Below are positions 60,949-64,000 of a stretch of 64,000 nt of DNA, piece after piece; position 1 is the stretch's first letter, and the number at the start of each line of letters is the position of its first letter. The notes beneath the pieces are model-generated. The model worked only from the letters and a program-made list of their open reading frames with translations, had not been told where the DNA came from and did not search any database. Origin of the DNA: Negativicutes bacterium. Its GTDB lineage: Bacteria; Bacillota; Negativicutes; UBA1444. The stretch spans positions 192,001 through 256,000 of the forward strand of contig CAXXIN010000007.1 of the NCBI GenBank assembly GCA_963665275.2, read 5' to 3'. The translations under genes were made by a program, and so were the position numbers.

Positions 60949-61356
60949 CTAGCGCACGATATGCAGATTGAGCCGATTCAGGCGATGCGGACTGTTGGCA
61001 GGCAACCGTTTTCGCTTCGGCGGCTTCTCCTCTTGCTGTGCGCCATAATTTCCAGCATCATTAGTGACTTTTGCTTCTTCAAATCCCAAGAGACAATATA
61101 TCGCCGGGCGTCCGCCTTTTTGCTGAAAGTGCAGAATCCGCCCTGCTTCGACCAATTCTTTGCGGCATCGGGTTAGCTGAGTCCGGCTTACACGCAGCAA
61201 CGAAGCTAGCGAGACCGTAGGCACGGCGAACTCTTCCGGCCACCCTGCTTTGTTATCTATCGACATCAACAGGTTCCAGAGCGCCTGAGCGTGCGGCGAT
61301 AGCGGATGTGTTGCCAGCCAGCTGTAAAAATGATTGATTTCAAACAGGTAGTTCAT
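60949..61356 (-). CDS. Phage replication initiator-like winged-helix protein (N-terminal domain only)
   Basis: MNY..EIN.FY.WL...LS..AQALW..LM.I.NKAGW.EEF.V resembles the N-terminus of Firmicute phage DnaD-domain initiators. Confidence 0.7.
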   Translation of the reverse strand: MNYLFEINHFYSWLATHPLSPHAQALWNLLMSIDNKAGWPEEFAVPTVSLASLLRVSRTQLTRCRKELVEAGRILHFQQKGGRPAIYCLLGFEEAKVTNDAGNYGAQQEEKPPKRKRLPANSPHRLNRLNLHIVR

Positions 61357-61540
61357 GACAAACGGACGCGCACGCCGCGCTGAAATTCAGAGATGCCCCG
61401 ATAGACATAGATAAGGCGGGTCTTTCACCCGCCTTCAATTTTCGTGGATCACACATAATATTCACAGGTTTCTCCGCCTTTGCGTCCGGTATATCGGGCG
61501 GCAGCTCTCCCTGTCGCATGATTGAATAGAGTTTTTTCAT
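61340..61540 (-). CDS. Small hypothetical protein in the Cro-like position
   Basis: RBS AAAGGGG before ATG 61540; overlaps the initiator start; no HTH recognisable. Confidence 0.5.
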   Translation of the reverse strand: MKKLYSIMRQGELPPDIPDAKAEKPVNIMCDPRKLKAGERPALSMSIGASLNFSAACASVCHELPV

Positions 61541-61569
61541 TACACGCATCCCCTTTCTTTTTTGTGCCA

Positions 61570-61689
61570 AATAATCACATGATTGTAATAATCACAAAAT
61601 TGATTATATTCCTGCTCACTCAGAATTGCAATAGCTTACGATTGCGTCATTTTTTGCACCTTGTTAAATCGTTATCGTATCGCTAAAAT
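61570..61689. promoter_or_regulatory. Back-to-back promoters with operator-like repeats
   Basis: Leftward TTGCAA-17-TATAAT (61631-61603); rightward TTGTTA-17-TAAAAT (61661-61689); AATAATCACA at 61570 and 61587. Confidence 0.62.
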
Positions 61690-61708
61690 AGAATTTGAGG
61701 TGATAACG

Positions 61709-62047
61709 TTGCTGGCAAGAAATATTCAGACCGCTCGAAAAAAATTAGGCCTAACCCAGGAGGAACTGGCCGATCAAATCGGCGTCAAGCGAGCCGCTCT
61801 CGCCTCTTGGGAAACGCGCCGCTCCAAACCGGACATCGACGACTTCATGAAATTGTGTAATACGCTGAAAATAAGGCCAGAAGATCTATCCGGTTTTTCG
61901 TTCGCGGGCGAACTTTCCAATTTCCAGCAGCCAGTGATCGATTTGGCAATCATTTTGGCCACTCTTCCTCCCTCTGTGTTTCCAATGGTCAGGAAAATGA
62001 TCCTGTCGCTATCGGATGAAGTCAACGGCGACAAGCCCGAGGAATAG
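61709..62047 (+). CDS. XRE family transcriptional repressor
   Basis: ARKKLGLTQEELADQIGVKRAALASWETRRSKP; TTG start at 61709 after GAGGTG. Confidence 0.9.
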   Translation: MLARNIQTARKKLGLTQEELADQIGVKRAALASWETRRSKPDIDDFMKLCNTLKIRPEDLSGFSFAGELSNFQQPVIDLAIILATLPPSVFPMVRKMILSLSDEVNGDKPEE

Positions 62048-62099
62048 CTAGGACTGGTATTAAAATACTGGCCGGATGCGGCAGAGGTGGGTATTAAGC

Positions 62100-62675
62100 A
62101 TGTACACCTGCGAAAAATGTGGCGAAAACTATCGTGGAAATTTCGGCAAATGCGCCAATTGTGGTGGAGAAATTGTCATTGCCCCGCCACGCCCGACGTG
62201 GAAACAGAGGTTCGCTGCTAAATCCATTCAAGCAAAAACCACTCCCAAAAAAACCACGCAGAAAATTCGACGAAGAAAAAAAGACTTTATCATTTTTTTT
62301 ATTGTCGCAGGAATAATCGCATTAGTATTTTTCACAACTAAAAGCACTCCGTCTACATCGGCTTTACCCGGTCCAACGAATAATGTCGTTGCCAATGAAG
62401 CCACTTCCGCCAAACGCCCAGGCGACATTACCGTCCTGAAGCATAATGCGCTCATCGCGGTTAATGACGACGCCTATGCCGCCTTCGGCAAGTTTTCATC
62501 TGCAAACAACAAAGACGAAATAGCCCGCATGATAACCAGCGGTCGCTTAGTTCTCGTTGGCATCGGCGCAAAAATCACGATTACCAAAGTTAACGGTGAC
62601 ATTTCTTTTGTTGAGGTAACAGACGGACCAACTACCGGGACAAAAGGCTGGCTATTAAATTCTTTGATGCGATAA
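62100..62675 (+). CDS. Zinc-ribbon, single-TM protein with exported C-terminal domain
   Basis: CEKC...CANC, basic linker, TM FIIFFIVAGIIALVFF, SH3-like ending GTKGWL. Confidence 0.7.
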   Translation: MYTCEKCGENYRGNFGKCANCGGEIVIAPPRPTWKQRFAAKSIQAKTTPKKTTQKIRRRKKDFIIFFIVAGIIALVFFTTKSTPSTSALPGPTNNVVANEATSAKRPGDITVLKHNALIAVNDDAYAAFGKFSSANNKDEIARMITSGRLVLVGIGAKITITKVNGDISFVEVTDGPTTGTKGWLLNSLMR

Positions 62676-62904
62676 TCGTCTGCAATTTACCAAAAACCAC
62701 TTTTATGACAAATACAGGTTCTACTACAGAAAGGATCTTTGAAACGAAAACCCTGATGATTATACTGATCATTGCGCTGCCGGCGCTCGTTGCCGGAGGG
62801 ATACTGGCTGACCTGATGGTTTGGCTTTTGTATTCCTGCTATTAAAAGCCTGGCTGGAATCGGCAGGGGTGATTGGCGAGAAACTTGAGGAAACGGGAGA
62901 AAAA

Positions 62905-63843
62905 ATGCTGGAACATTTATCAAGAAAAGGCTTGCTACATTTATTTGTTGTTTACACGGTATGGAGCACGACTTACCTGGCGATGAGAGTCGGAGTCACT
63001 CCAGCCAATGGATTTCCGCCCTTCGTGTTTGGCGCTGTCAGAATGGCTGCCGCCGCCCTCATTTTGTTCGGCCTCGCCCGAATACAGAGACAGCCATTGA
63101 AAGCTACCCGGGACGAGCTTTTTTCCTTGGCTTTAGTTGGAAACATGTTGTGGATGGGTGGAAATGGACTCGTGCTGTGGGCGGTGCAATACGCTGGCTC
63201 GGGTTTCGCTTCTCTCATCGTCGCATCGGCTCCGATCTGGGCAACAATGATCGAACTGGTGCTATTCAAGAAAAAGCCGTCAGTTACCCTTATCGTTTCG
63301 CTTTTTGTTGGGTTTATAGGAGTTGCGGTTCTCAGCCTGCCTTCTTTTAGCAAGGGGACTTCTCAGGACATGTTCGCCGTAATTGCCTTGGTAGCGTCCG
63401 CAGTATGTTGGTCGCTGGGTTCGGTGATCCAAACTCGACGGCCCGTAAATCTACCGCCGCAAGTAATGTCCGGGTATCATCAGTTGTTCGCCAGCGTTGG
63501 CTTTTTACTGATGTCTCTTGCATTGGGCGAACCGGCCCCGCACCCAACCTCTTCAGCTTGGCTGGCCTGGGGTTATTTGGTGGTTTTCGGTTCGGTTTTC
63601 GCTTTTACCTCTTACATTTTTGCCTTGAAGCTTTTGCCGATCAATATCGTGATGACCTACGCCTATGTCAACCCCGCAATTGCATTGTTTTTGGGCTGGC
63701 TCATCCTCAAGGAGCCCATCGGAACTTGGACCTTGTTAGGCGCAGCTTTGGTGGTAGTCAGCGTCTTTGGTATTTTCCGCGTTAAGCAACAGGTCAAACC
63801 GAGCCTGCCATTAAAACCCGAATGTGTCTCGGAGAACCCTTGA
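62905..63843 (+). CDS. EamA/DMT transporter (YedA-like)
   Basis: WSTTYLAMR, GSVFAFTSY, YAYVNP; start ATG 62905. Confidence 0.9.
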   Translation: MLEHLSRKGLLHLFVVYTVWSTTYLAMRVGVTPANGFPPFVFGAVRMAAAALILFGLARIQRQPLKATRDELFSLALVGNMLWMGGNGLVLWAVQYAGSGFASLIVASAPIWATMIELVLFKKKPSVTLIVSLFVGFIGVAVLSLPSFSKGTSQDMFAVIALVASAVCWSLGSVIQTRRPVNLPPQVMSGYHQLFASVGFLLMSLALGEPAPHPTSSAWLAWGYLVVFGSVFAFTSYIFALKLLPINIVMTYAYVNPAIALFLGWLILKEPIGTWTLLGAALVVVSVFGIFRVKQQVKPSLPLKPECVSENP

Positions 63844-64000
63844 TCCGATGATGGTGGGCCAGTTAAACGTGTTGGATATCCCCAGCATTTCCATCATCTT
63901 TTTATGATCCAGTTCATTTTCCGTACAAATTTTTTTCTATTATATATAGTCATGTCGGCCGCCTCCCAAGTTTAGGAATCGTTAACATTAAGTTGGTTCA

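Larger units (their letters stand above)
55773..62675. mobile_element. Phage-like or satellite-like module without integrase (boundaries uncertain)
   Basis: XRE repressor with divergent promoters, initiator-like HTH, iterons plus DnaA boxes, SSB, amidase, DUF1659-DUF2922-YvrJ. Confidence 0.6.

Noticed and set aside
55740-62700. Terminal direct repeats delimiting the phage-like module
   Set aside because: No convincing att-like duplication found by eye; boundaries remain undefined

Overview
Chromosomal window from an anaerobic Firmicute, most consistent with Negativicutes (Sporomusaceae-like); this is inferred from gene content only. Bases 1-48300 are mostly minus-strand core genes: rng, radical SAM pair, rodA-minD-mrdA-mreDCB-radC-maf; a complete succinate-to-propionate locus (CoA transferase, split B12 methylmalonyl-CoA mutase, MeaB, epimerase, Na+-pumping decarboxylase, two paralogous carboxylate transporters); an electron-bifurcating [FeFe]-hydrogenase operon with sensory genes and rex; folC, valS with T-box, tatAC, ptb, ahbAB and tig-clpP-clpX-lon-yihA. 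From the tRNA-Gly/tRNA-Leu pair onward the region is accessory. Three items stand out. (1) A 36-codon ORF missing from the ORF track (48337-48447, minus) reads CxxU plus a transmembrane helix, with a SECIS-like hairpin after the UGA: a candidate small selenoprotein. (2) A ~7 kb phage-like module (55.8-62.7 kb) has a repressor switch, truncated replication initiator, iteron/DnaA-box origin, SSB, amidase, a hairpin-dense spacer and DUF1659-DUF2922-YvrJ, but no recognisable integrase or capsid gene. (3) A group II intron sits in sense orientation inside yvrJ, and its splicing exactly restores the reading frame. No database searches were run, so family names come from recognised motifs and novelty is unverified.
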